Below, in pieces: positions 45,101 through 52,532 of a stretch of DNA of 64,000 bases. The DNA is from Bacteroidales bacterium (GTDB taxonomy: Bacteria > Bacteroidota > Bacteroidia > Bacteroidales > UBA1402): NCBI GenBank assembly GCA_017468435.1, contig JAFUIP010000002.1:2025-66024 (forward strand). Reading direction: 5' to 3'. The notes beneath the pieces are model-generated. The model searched no databases and was not told the origin of the DNA. It saw only the letters and a list, made by a program, of their open reading frames with translations. Every line of letters begins with the position of its first letter. The first letter of the stretch is position 1. The translations under genes were made by a program, and so were the position numbers.

Positions 45101-45685
45101 AAGCGGAGCCAAATCTTCGTTTTCCAAAGCTTCGATCTTCTGGATTTCGTGAGAAGTACGGAAACCGTCGAAGAAATTCACGAAAGGAACACGGCTCTTG
45201 ATAGTAGCCAAGTGAGCCACACCGGCCAAGTCCATCACTTCCTGTACAGAACCTTCTGCCAACATAGCAAAACCGGTCTGACGGCATGACATAACGTCCT
45301 GATGGTCACCGAAGATACAAAGAGCGTGAGAAGCCAATGTACGAGCTGAAACGTGGAATACGCAAGGCAACAATTCACCGGCAATCTTGTACATATTAGG
45401 AATCATCAGCAAAAGACCCTGAGAAGCCGTATAAGTCGTCGTCAAGGCACCGGCCTGCAAAGAGCCGTGAACAGCACCTGCAGCACCTGCTTCAGATTGC
45501 ATTTCCTGCACAGAAACGGTTTCACCAAAAATATTCTTACGTCCGGCAGCTGCCCATTCGTCCACGTATTCCGCCATCGTAGAAGAAGGCGTAATAGGAT
45601 AGATAGCAGCCACTTCGCTGAACATATACGAGATATGAGCAGCAGCCTGATTACCATCACAGGTTAAAAATTTCTTCTGTTTCAT
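42128..45685 (-). CDS. nifJ: pyruvate:ferredoxin (flavodoxin) oxidoreductase
   Basis: A 1185-aa single-chain PFOR. It has two 4Fe-4S ferredoxin motifs (CIQCNKCAYVCPH, CLGCGNCVDVCP) and a TPP-binding GGDGASYDIGYGG. Confidence 0.95.
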   Translation of the reverse strand: MKQKKFLTCDGNQAAAHISYMFSEVAAIYPITPSSTMAEYVDEWAAAGRKNIFGETVSVQEMQSEAGAAGAVHGSLQAGALTTTYTASQGLLLMIPNMYKIAGELLPCVFHVSARTLASHALCIFGDHQDVMSCRQTGFAMLAEGSVQEVMDLAGVAHLATIKSRVPFVNFFDGFRTSHEIQKIEALENEDLAPLIDQEALAEFRARALNPDAPVMRGMAENPDHFFQHRESCNPFYDAVPDIVADYMKEISKITGREYKPFTYYGAPDAENIIIAMGSVTEAIREVIDYKMAQGEKVGLISVHLYRPFSVKYLAEVLPATVKRVCVLDRTKEPGANGEPLYLDVVEAFAKAAELAAHKDVLIVGGRYGLGSKDTTPAQILAVYENLALPQPKNQFTIGIVDDVTFTSLPQGEEIAVGGEGMFEAKFYGLGADGTVGANKNSVKIIGDNTDKHCQAYFSYDSKKSGGFTCSHLRFGDTPIRSTYLVNTPNFVACHVQAYLNMYDVTRGLRQNGTFLLNTIWNAEELAKNLPAKVKRYFAQKNISVYYINATQIAQEIGLGNRTNTILQSAFFRITGVIPVDLAVEQMKKFIVKSYGKKGQDIVDKNNAAVDRGGEYQQLTIDPAWANLPDEAAVANNDPAFINEVVRPINAQDGDLLPVSAFKGREDGTWDAGTAQYEKRGVGAFVPVWDAANCIQCNKCAYVCPHACIRPIVMDDAEAASLNAEMIEMKAPAAMKGMKFRIQVGVLDCLGCGNCVDVCPGNPKAGGKALKMVHLESQLSEAANWEYCVKNVKSKQHLVDIKSNPKNSQFATPLFEFSGACSGCGETPYVKLISQLFGDREIVANATGCTSIYSGSVPSTPYTTNEKGHGPAWANSLFEDFCEYGMGMQLAYEKMVERLIRIMTEAQSCDCCSDELKGLFKEWIEFHNDADKSRELADKITPMVKACSCKYCKEIAELSKFLVKRSQWIIGGDGASYDIGYGGLDHVIASGKNVNILVLDTEVYSNTGGQASKATPVGAIAKFAAAGKRVRKKDLGLIATTYGYVYAAQIAMGADQAQTLKAIREAEAYDGPSIIIAYAPCINHGLKAGMGKSQAEEAAAVACGYWHLWRYNPMLEAEGKNPFTLDSKEPNWDEFKNFLKGEVRYASVMKQYPAEAEELFQAAEDNAKWRYKSYKRMAGQDWNQE

Positions 45686-45743
45686 TTATTCTCTTTTTTA
45701 AAGTGATTAAATATCCAAATTATTTGATTTCACATTAACCTCG

Positions 45744-45775
45744 CAAAGGTAGTGCAAAACACATCCAAAAACAAA
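45744..45775 (-). promoter_or_regulatory. candidate nifJ promoter (-7 TACCTTTG, -33 TTTG)
   Basis: The plus-strand caaaggta at 45744-45751 reads TACCTTTG on the minus strand, 59 nt upstream of ATG 45685. A caaa at 45772-45775 provides a TTTG with about 20-nt spacing. Confidence 0.4.
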
Positions 45776-45877
45776 ATAAATTTTCCATTATTTGGAGAAA
45801 AAATAGATAGAAAAAAACCGCCTACTACCTCTATTATAAAAAAAAGAGCATTTTTAGAGATTTTTACAATTTGTATG

Positions 45878-45885
45878 CTACTTTT
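45878..45885 (+). promoter_or_regulatory. candidate -7 box (TACTTTTG) for the 45949 gene
   Basis: It matches TAnnTTTG 64 nt upstream of ATG 45949, in an AT-rich divergent intergenic region. Confidence 0.35.
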
Positions 45886-45948
45886 GCAAGTTCAATCTAT
45901 CAAGATTCTGATTTTTATAAATTTTTAGATAAAAAAACAATATCTGTC

Positions 45949-48900
45949 ATGAAAGAAAAACATTTCTTTAAGCATGTTTGTCTGTGTGCACTCCTGCTTT
46001 GCGCATCGACAGCTTGTATCGACACGCGTTACGATATGTCGAAGATCTCGATGAAAATGGCCGTCGGAGGAGACTCCCTCAGCATTCCCCTCATCAGCGG
46101 AGGCGCCGTATATGTAGGCACTGCGCTCGAAACTTTTGTGGAAGACAGCATCAAGGAACTCAAAACCGATTCTGTGAACGGCGGATACAAGTTCGAAATC
46201 AGCGATGTATTTTCTTACACGCTCGACAGTAGCGCCAAGGCCGACATGGGTCTTGATAAAATCGGCATTGAAGACCAGGTTTTCGCGCCGGATCCCATCA
46301 CCGTGGAAGGAATTGACGCTTCGGCTACGCAAATCACCATTGAGGGTATCAAGCAGACCGAAGTGATAGAACTCGGCATCGAAGGTATCAACATGAAAGA
46401 TTTTGCCATGCCTCAACTCGCGCTCGAAGAAAAGTTCAAGACAGAACTCGGCGGCTATCTGCTGAGCGACGAGCAACGCAACATCACGCCCGCTCCGGTG
46501 AACATCGAATATGGTAAGCTCTTAGGCGATGCCTCTTTGCCTCCCGCTCTCGAAGCTTTCGCCAACAATCTTCCTCACGAAGAAATTCCTTTGATTCTCC
46601 CCAGCAATACGCTGGACATCAACATGGAAGAAGAAATTGCCGTTTCCGTTTCCACACCTGATGGCATCAATAGTATCGACGACATCGTGCTGCAGAAGAA
46701 TCCGAAACCTGCCACCATGACACTGAGCATCAGATTGGAAAACGCAGCTCAATTCCTTACTTCCGGTGAATTGATTCCCGCCATCAATGTGTTGCCTTCC
46801 AGCATTTTTACCTTTGCCGCTAACCAAGCCGGTATCAGCGGAGGCAAGATTGTTTTCAACGAAAACGATGCTTTGACGCAGGCCAACAAATACAGCCTCA
46901 GCAAGACTTTCACCATTGAATCGCTGAACATAGGCGGTGATATCGAAAACGGCAAACTGAATGTTGAACAAATGGTTTCGGCCGAAGGCAGCATCACCGC
47001 ACAAAACATCAAGTACTACGCCGACGAAATTACCCATATCAAGGGCCTTGCCTTCAAGTTGGACGTCATCTTCAACGACATCGTGGTGGAAAGCCTCAGC
47101 CTCGACATTGCCGGAAAGAGCACCGAAGTGAGCGGCGAAAATGCGATTGACATCAGCAACAGCCTGCCTGAGCAAATCGCCGGCATCCGTAGCATCATCG
47201 CCGAAGACAACAGCCGCATCGACATCCAGATTTTGGGAGACAAGAACTTGGCCGGACTACAAGAAAACTTGAGCCTCGAGAACTTCCACATCAGCTTCCC
47301 GAAAACCATCAGATTTGCTCCGCAAGAGGGTCTGGACCAGCAAACCAACGTATTCAGCCTTGATAATAAGGCTTTCAATCCTGCTCAAGGATTGTCACTC
47401 AGTTTCGTACTCGACGAAGTTAATATGAACGAGATTCCCGTCAACAAGGGCAAAATAGAATGGCAAGACAAAATCAGCTATTCGGGCGAACTGAAAGTGC
47501 AGGGCAAAATCAACAGCGCCAGCCTGCCGGAAAGCGTAGAATTGGGTGTAAAGATTGATTCCGACCTGAAACTCAAGGACATCATTGCAACGACCAACAA
47601 AATCGAACACAAGCTCGACAACATCAACATCGAATTTAAGGAAGAAGTGGCCAGCCCGATAGACGAATTGATAGGTATCAAAACCGCCACTTTGAAAGAG
47701 GGTTGCTTTATCAACATCGATTTAAGTTTGCCTAAATTGCCGCTGCCGCTCATGGCCGAAAACATCCGCATTGCTTTGCCCAAGATGATGGAATTTGCTT
47801 CGCATCCTTTGCTCGACAACAACAATGTTTTGGGCATCAATGGTACCATTCCCGAAAACATCAAGTTGGAACTCAAGAAGTTGAACATCAACAAAAACTT
47901 TGTGGACGGAGTGATGAACCTGGACGAAGCCATCAAGGTGGAAGGTGGCATCGCAGTGCTCGGCGGAGAACTGAGCGCCAACGCATTGTCTGAAGCCTTG
48001 CAAGAAAACATCGAAGTCCGTTTCGAACTCAGCGACATGACGCTTGCCGACATAGGCGCCAGCATCAAGGGCATCAGCTACCAACTGAAAGACTCCATTG
48101 CCTTTGAAGAAAGCATAGAAGTACCTCAAGAAGTATTGCGCGTGGACAGTCTCATTCTGAGCCAGGGCGCCAGCATCGACATAGAACTTTTGGCCGAGAA
48201 CCTGCCCGATTTCGACGCGCCTATCACTTTGAATGTCAACATGGATTTGCCTAATATGTTTATGTTCGAAAGCGAAGAAATAAAGGCTTCCAACATTTGG
48301 CAATTCAAAACCGAAATCGAAAGCGGAAAAGCCATCTGCAAGCATATAGACATACGCGGACTCGATTTGAGCAGCTTCGACTTGAGCAGCGGTTTGGTCA
48401 ATCTGAACGAACAAATCAAATATGATGTAAATGTTTATCTGGCCGGCGGCGACATCAACAGCAGCGACCTGAGCGACAAGCCCATCAAGGTAAGCACCAA
48501 GGCCGAAATCAAGGGCCTCAACTTAGAAAGAATCTACGGCGTCATCGATCCGAAGATTGAAGAAATAAGCGAAAGCATCAGCATGGCGGACCTGCCCGAC
48601 TTCTTGAAAGACAGCACCATGGCTCGCTTGGAAATCAATCCGGTCATCACCTTGTCGGCCAAGAGCAACATTTCCATTCCTTTAGTCATCAACGGCGAAC
48701 TGATGCCTGTCAACGACGGAATTGCCGACGAAACACGCGGGCAGAGCATTCACCTTGAATTGCCCATGGCCGCCTCGGCAGAAGAAGTGAAGGAACATCA
48801 TTTCTGGATTGCCGCCAGCGATGCCGACATGCCTCAGGGTTACCAATTTGCCCAGCTCAATGTCAACAACATTCTCAAGAGCATTCCCGATGAATTGTCC

Positions 48901-49428
48901 TTCAAACTGAATGTTGGCACCGACACCCAGGTACAGCACGCCTTCGACCTGAGCGCCGATTATAGCGCCGACTTGGAATATAAGGTAAGCGTGCCCATTG
49001 CATTCGGACAAAATAGTTATTTCTCATTGAAAGATACTTTGGAACTGGATCTCGAAGAAATTGGTTCATACTTTAATTATGTAGGCGATCATTTGGAATT
49101 GTATGGCGAAATTGAAAACGCTATTCCTTTAAAACTCGTTGCCACATTGACAGCCATCGATGAAAACGGCGAAAGCATAGACATGGAGCCCATCGCTTTG
49201 GCCATCAAGCCCGGCAACAGAGACGGAAGCGCTAATGTTTCGCCTGTTTCGGTAAAGATCGACAACAAGAATCATCAACTCGACAAGGCAAGAGCCTTCG
49301 TTCTCGACTTCAGACTCAGCGCTGACGCAGACGTGGCCAACACGCCCATTTCGCCCGACAATTACATTCAGGCCAAACTGAAAATCAGAGCCGTCGGCGG
49401 CATCGTTGTCGATTTGAACGAATTATAA
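45949..49428 (+). CDS. 1160-aa acidic surface lipoprotein, no recognisable domain
   Basis: I chose the start at MKEKHFFKHVCLCALLLCASTAC (a lipoprotein-type signal). The rest is D/E/N/S/I/L-rich beta-type sequence with no catalytic motif I can identify. The track start 45871 would add a non-signal leader. Confidence 0.7.
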   Translation: MKEKHFFKHVCLCALLLCASTACIDTRYDMSKISMKMAVGGDSLSIPLISGGAVYVGTALETFVEDSIKELKTDSVNGGYKFEISDVFSYTLDSSAKADMGLDKIGIEDQVFAPDPITVEGIDASATQITIEGIKQTEVIELGIEGINMKDFAMPQLALEEKFKTELGGYLLSDEQRNITPAPVNIEYGKLLGDASLPPALEAFANNLPHEEIPLILPSNTLDINMEEEIAVSVSTPDGINSIDDIVLQKNPKPATMTLSIRLENAAQFLTSGELIPAINVLPSSIFTFAANQAGISGGKIVFNENDALTQANKYSLSKTFTIESLNIGGDIENGKLNVEQMVSAEGSITAQNIKYYADEITHIKGLAFKLDVIFNDIVVESLSLDIAGKSTEVSGENAIDISNSLPEQIAGIRSIIAEDNSRIDIQILGDKNLAGLQENLSLENFHISFPKTIRFAPQEGLDQQTNVFSLDNKAFNPAQGLSLSFVLDEVNMNEIPVNKGKIEWQDKISYSGELKVQGKINSASLPESVELGVKIDSDLKLKDIIATTNKIEHKLDNINIEFKEEVASPIDELIGIKTATLKEGCFINIDLSLPKLPLPLMAENIRIALPKMMEFASHPLLDNNNVLGINGTIPENIKLELKKLNINKNFVDGVMNLDEAIKVEGGIAVLGGELSANALSEALQENIEVRFELSDMTLADIGASIKGISYQLKDSIAFEESIEVPQEVLRVDSLILSQGASIDIELLAENLPDFDAPITLNVNMDLPNMFMFESEEIKASNIWQFKTEIESGKAICKHIDIRGLDLSSFDLSSGLVNLNEQIKYDVNVYLAGGDINSSDLSDKPIKVSTKAEIKGLNLERIYGVIDPKIEEISESISMADLPDFLKDSTMARLEINPVITLSAKSNISIPLVINGELMPVNDGIADETRGQSIHLELPMAASAEEVKEHHFWIAASDADMPQGYQFAQLNVNNILKSIPDELSFKLNVGTDTQVQHAFDLSADYSADLEYKVSVPIAFGQNSYFSLKDTLELDLEEIGSYFNYVGDHLELYGEIENAIPLKLVATLTAIDENGESIDMEPIALAIKPGNRDGSANVSPVSVKIDNKNHQLDKARAFVLDFRLSADADVANTPISPDNYIQAKLKIRAVGGIVVDLNEL

Positions 49429-49440
49429 TGAAACATAAAA

Positions 49441-50877
49441 ATGTATAGCCTTATGAAAAAAATATTATCTATCGCATTGATTCTCGGATTGTTCGGCATG
49501 AGCGTCATGGCCCAGTCGAAGACTTCGTACTTTATGGATGGCTACAACTACAAGCACGATTTGAACCCGGCGCTTTCGCCCTATCGCGGCTACTTTAACC
49601 TGATGGGACACTACGCCATCGGCATCAACTCGAACCTTTCGGCCACGCAATTCTTGTATCCGAGTAGCACTTCGGACGAACTTTACACCTTCCTGCATCC
49701 GGAAGTTTCTGCCAATCAGTTCCTCAACAGCCTCAACGACAAGAATATTCTGAGCCTCGACACCGACATCGACGTTCTCGGATTCGGTTTTTACATAGGT
49801 AGAGGATTTTTCTCGTTCGACACCAAACTTCAGGTGGATTTCGGCACCAACCTCCCCAAGGAATTCTTTGCTTTCCTGAAGCAAGGCATGAATGGAAGCA
49901 ACACGGTTTATGACATACGCAACTTCAACATTTCCAGCAAGGTTTACGCTTCTGCCGGCATTGGTTACGCTTACGACATTTTCGACAACCTGCGCGTGGG
50001 CGTCAAAGCGAAATACTTAGTTGCGGCTGCCGGCCTCGATGCCAACATCGACCAAATGCAAATCAAGATGTCCGACCAGGGTTGGGCCATCAATACGCAA
50101 GCCACGCTCACGGCTCAGGGCTACGGTTTGGAAACAGTTTACGGCAACGATACGGAAGATCAAACTACTCCCGACTACATCACCGGTATAGAATTCGACC
50201 CCGAACAATTGAAACCGGCCGGTAGCGGCTTCGCCTTCGATTTCGGTATCAACTACTCGCCTATCAAGAACTTGAACATCTCGGCCGCGCTCACCAATGT
50301 GGGTAGCATCAAATGGGAACAAGGATCTGTCACCAAGGCGCAGTCGGCAGGCGAAGTGTCTTACGGCGGTTTCGAACTCGATGTCAATGAAGGCGTTAGC
50401 GAAGAATCCATCAACCATCTTACCGAAGAACTCACCAATGGCATGATGAACATGATTCAGTTCCGCGAAGTGCCCGTGAGCGGCAGTGGCAACACCCAAA
50501 GGCTCGACAGCCGTTTCTTGATTGGCGCGGAATACAGCGTTTTGAACAATCACATCAGCGCCGGCATGCTCTACACCTGCGACAACACGGCTTACGGCCG
50601 CTTCAACGAAGTTTTGGCCAGTATCAACCTGCGTCCTTTCAAGGCTTTGCAGTTGTCCGGAAGCTACACCTTGTATTCCGATTACGGCAGCAGCTTCGGT
50701 GCTTCGCTCAGCTTGCTCAACATACTCTACCTTTCTTGGGACCACATCTTGACGAACTTCTCTCCCCAGTTTGTTCCCCTCGATGTATTGAGCACTCAAG
50801 TGGAAATAGGTCTGCGCCTGCCTTTGGGCAAATACAGAAAAAGAGATCTCGACAAATTCTTGTATCTCGGAAAATAA
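49441..50877 (+). CDS. outer-membrane beta-barrel protein (possibly DUF5723-type, name from memory)
   Basis: Signal peptide MKKILSIALILGLFGMSVMAQ (alternative start 49453). It has alternating aromatic strands and begins 13 nt after the upstream lipoprotein gene. Confidence 0.65.
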   Translation: MYSLMKKILSIALILGLFGMSVMAQSKTSYFMDGYNYKHDLNPALSPYRGYFNLMGHYAIGINSNLSATQFLYPSSTSDELYTFLHPEVSANQFLNSLNDKNILSLDTDIDVLGFGFYIGRGFFSFDTKLQVDFGTNLPKEFFAFLKQGMNGSNTVYDIRNFNISSKVYASAGIGYAYDIFDNLRVGVKAKYLVAAAGLDANIDQMQIKMSDQGWAINTQATLTAQGYGLETVYGNDTEDQTTPDYITGIEFDPEQLKPAGSGFAFDFGINYSPIKNLNISAALTNVGSIKWEQGSVTKAQSAGEVSYGGFELDVNEGVSEESINHLTEELTNGMMNMIQFREVPVSGSGNTQRLDSRFLIGAEYSVLNNHISAGMLYTCDNTAYGRFNEVLASINLRPFKALQLSGSYTLYSDYGSSFGASLSLLNILYLSWDHILTNFSPQFVPLDVLSTQVEIGLRLPLGKYRKRDLDKFLYLGK

Positions 50878-50900
50878 ACAACAAACGACTAAGTCCACCT

Positions 50901-50933
50901 AAGGGCGTATCTTTCAAGGTACGCCTTTTTTTT
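50901..50933 (+). terminator. rho-independent terminator after the beta-barrel gene
   Basis: The stem is ggcgta (50904-09) paired with tacgcc (50920-25), extendable with G-U/A-U pairs. The loop is 10 nt and is followed by 8 T. Confidence 0.7.
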
Positions 50934-50944
50934 GATTTGAATAG

Positions 50945-50975
50945 TTTGTTCTTTTAGAACAATAAACTACCTTTG
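50945..50975 (+). promoter_or_regulatory. candidate hipBA-2 promoter with embedded 7-3-7 palindrome (possible operator)
   Basis: TTTG lies at 50945-48 and TACCTTTG at 50968-75 (19-nt spacing, 43 nt before ATG 51018). The palindrome ttgttct-ttt-agaacaa at 50946-50962 lies between them. Confidence 0.45.
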
Positions 50976-51017
50976 CAACAAATAAAATATTATTTATTAG
51001 CATCATTTTAGACGATT

Positions 51018-51335
51018 ATGACTAATATATTATTCTTTAATACAGCCAACCCAATCGATATCGCCCTGCAGATTGCAACAAGAGTTAAGGCTCGCCGTTT
51101 GGAATTAAATCTGACACAGGAGGGTTTAGCATCAAGAGCTGGTGTTAAGTTTGCCACCTATCGCCGTTTTGAGCAGACTGGCGAGATATCGTTGCGAGGG
51201 TTGTTGCAAATTGGTTTTGCACTAAACTGCCTTGATGAGTTTAATGCCCTCTTTGCTCAAAAGCAGTATCAGTCGCTTGATGATGTATTGAACGAACAGA
51301 GTGTTAATCGTAAACGAGGTAAGAAAAATGAATAG
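51018..51335 (+). CDS. hipB: XRE-family HTH antitoxin (HipB-like)
   Basis: LNLTQEGLASRAGVKFATYRRFEQTGEISL. It overlaps the downstream kinase gene by 8 nt. Confidence 0.8.
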   Translation: MTNILFFNTANPIDIALQIATRVKARRLELNLTQEGLASRAGVKFATYRRFEQTGEISLRGLLQIGFALNCLDEFNALFAQKQYQSLDDVLNEQSVNRKRGKKNE

Positions 51336-52428
51336 CATTAAACAGATTGAGGTTATCTGTGCAGACCGCGTTGTTGGTCGCTTAGCACTCACCAAGGAGG
51401 GCTTGTGCGCATTTGAATACTCCGCGGAGTGGTTGGCATCTGGCTTTTCGATTTCTCCATTTGAATTGCCTTTAAGAAGTAGCGTATTCATTGCCAAACC
51501 ACGACCTTTTGATGGCGGATTTGGAGTATTTGATGATTGCCTACCAGATGGCTGGGGTCTGCTTATCCTCGATAGATATCTACAACAGCAAGGTATAAAC
51601 CCTCGCAACCTAACCCTTCTTGACCGCCTCGCATTAGTTGGCTCTACGGGGCGTGGTGCATTGGAATTTAGACCAGATAAAAGTGTTGTTACAAAGCAGG
51701 AATATGCCGATTTCGAGAAACTTGCATTAGAGGCTGAGCAGATTCTTGATAGCGATGATTATACCGGTGAGGGTATCGAGGAGTTTCAACATCGAGGTGG
51801 TTCACCCGGTGGTGCTCGCCCAAAGATTTTCACTCGCTACGAGGATAAGGAGTGGTTGGTTAAGTTCCGTGCGAAACGAGATCCTAAGCGCATTGGCCGT
51901 GATGAGTATAACTATTCACTGCTTGCCAAGGAGTGTGGTATTGAGATGCCCGAAACGCGACTCTTCGAGGATAAGTATTTCGGTGTAGAGCGATTTGACC
52001 GTACACCAAGCGGGAAACTACATGTGGTGAGTATTGCGGGCCTTATTGGGGCTGACTATCGCATGCCAAGTATCGACTATTCGCATATCTTTCAGGTGTG
52101 TGCTGCACTTACTCATAGTGTTGCTGAACTATGGAAAGTATATCGCCTAATGGCATTTAACTACTTGATAGAGAATAAAGATGACCACGCCAAGAACTTC
52201 GCGTTTATCTATCGGGGTGGCGAATGGCACTTCTCACCCGCTTTTGACCTATTGCCAAGCGATGGTATGAATGGCTACCATATCACCTCTATTAATGATA
52301 GCATTGAGCCGACAAAGGATGATTTGATAGCCGTTGCAGTAAAGGTCGGATTGAATAAAAAAGAAGCAGAGAAAATCCTCGTCGCAATGGAATCCACCAT
52401 CAATGCTTCATTCAGTCCCGAGCACTGA
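51328..52428 (+). CDS. hipA: HipA-family kinase toxin (short form, 366 aa)
   Basis: MNSIKQIEVICADRVVGRLALTKEG (HipA N-terminal coupling region), GGSPGGARPK and ENKDDHAKNFAF. I chose ATG 51328. Confidence 0.85.
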   Translation: MNSIKQIEVICADRVVGRLALTKEGLCAFEYSAEWLASGFSISPFELPLRSSVFIAKPRPFDGGFGVFDDCLPDGWGLLILDRYLQQQGINPRNLTLLDRLALVGSTGRGALEFRPDKSVVTKQEYADFEKLALEAEQILDSDDYTGEGIEEFQHRGGSPGGARPKIFTRYEDKEWLVKFRAKRDPKRIGRDEYNYSLLAKECGIEMPETRLFEDKYFGVERFDRTPSGKLHVVSIAGLIGADYRMPSIDYSHIFQVCAALTHSVAELWKVYRLMAFNYLIENKDDHAKNFAFIYRGGEWHFSPAFDLLPSDGMNGYHITSINDSIEPTKDDLIAVAVKVGLNKKEAEKILVAMESTINASFSPEH

Positions 52429-52506
52429 GCGTAGACTTTCCGATGAGAAAGCATTTTCTAAGCTTTCGAATGGAAAGACTGTAGCGAAGGCGCAGGGTGA
52501 AAACGC
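52425..52506. repeat. short copy of the dispersed GC-rich intergenic element
   Basis: Its reverse complement, ccctgcgccttcgctacagtctttccattcgaaagcttagaaaatgctttc...ggaaagtctacgctcagtgctcggg, is colinear with 23083-23135 and 23266-23291. It covers the last codons and the stop of hipA-2. Confidence 0.65.
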
Positions 52507-52532
52507 AGGAGGCGCCGCAGATCAAGCCTTAT

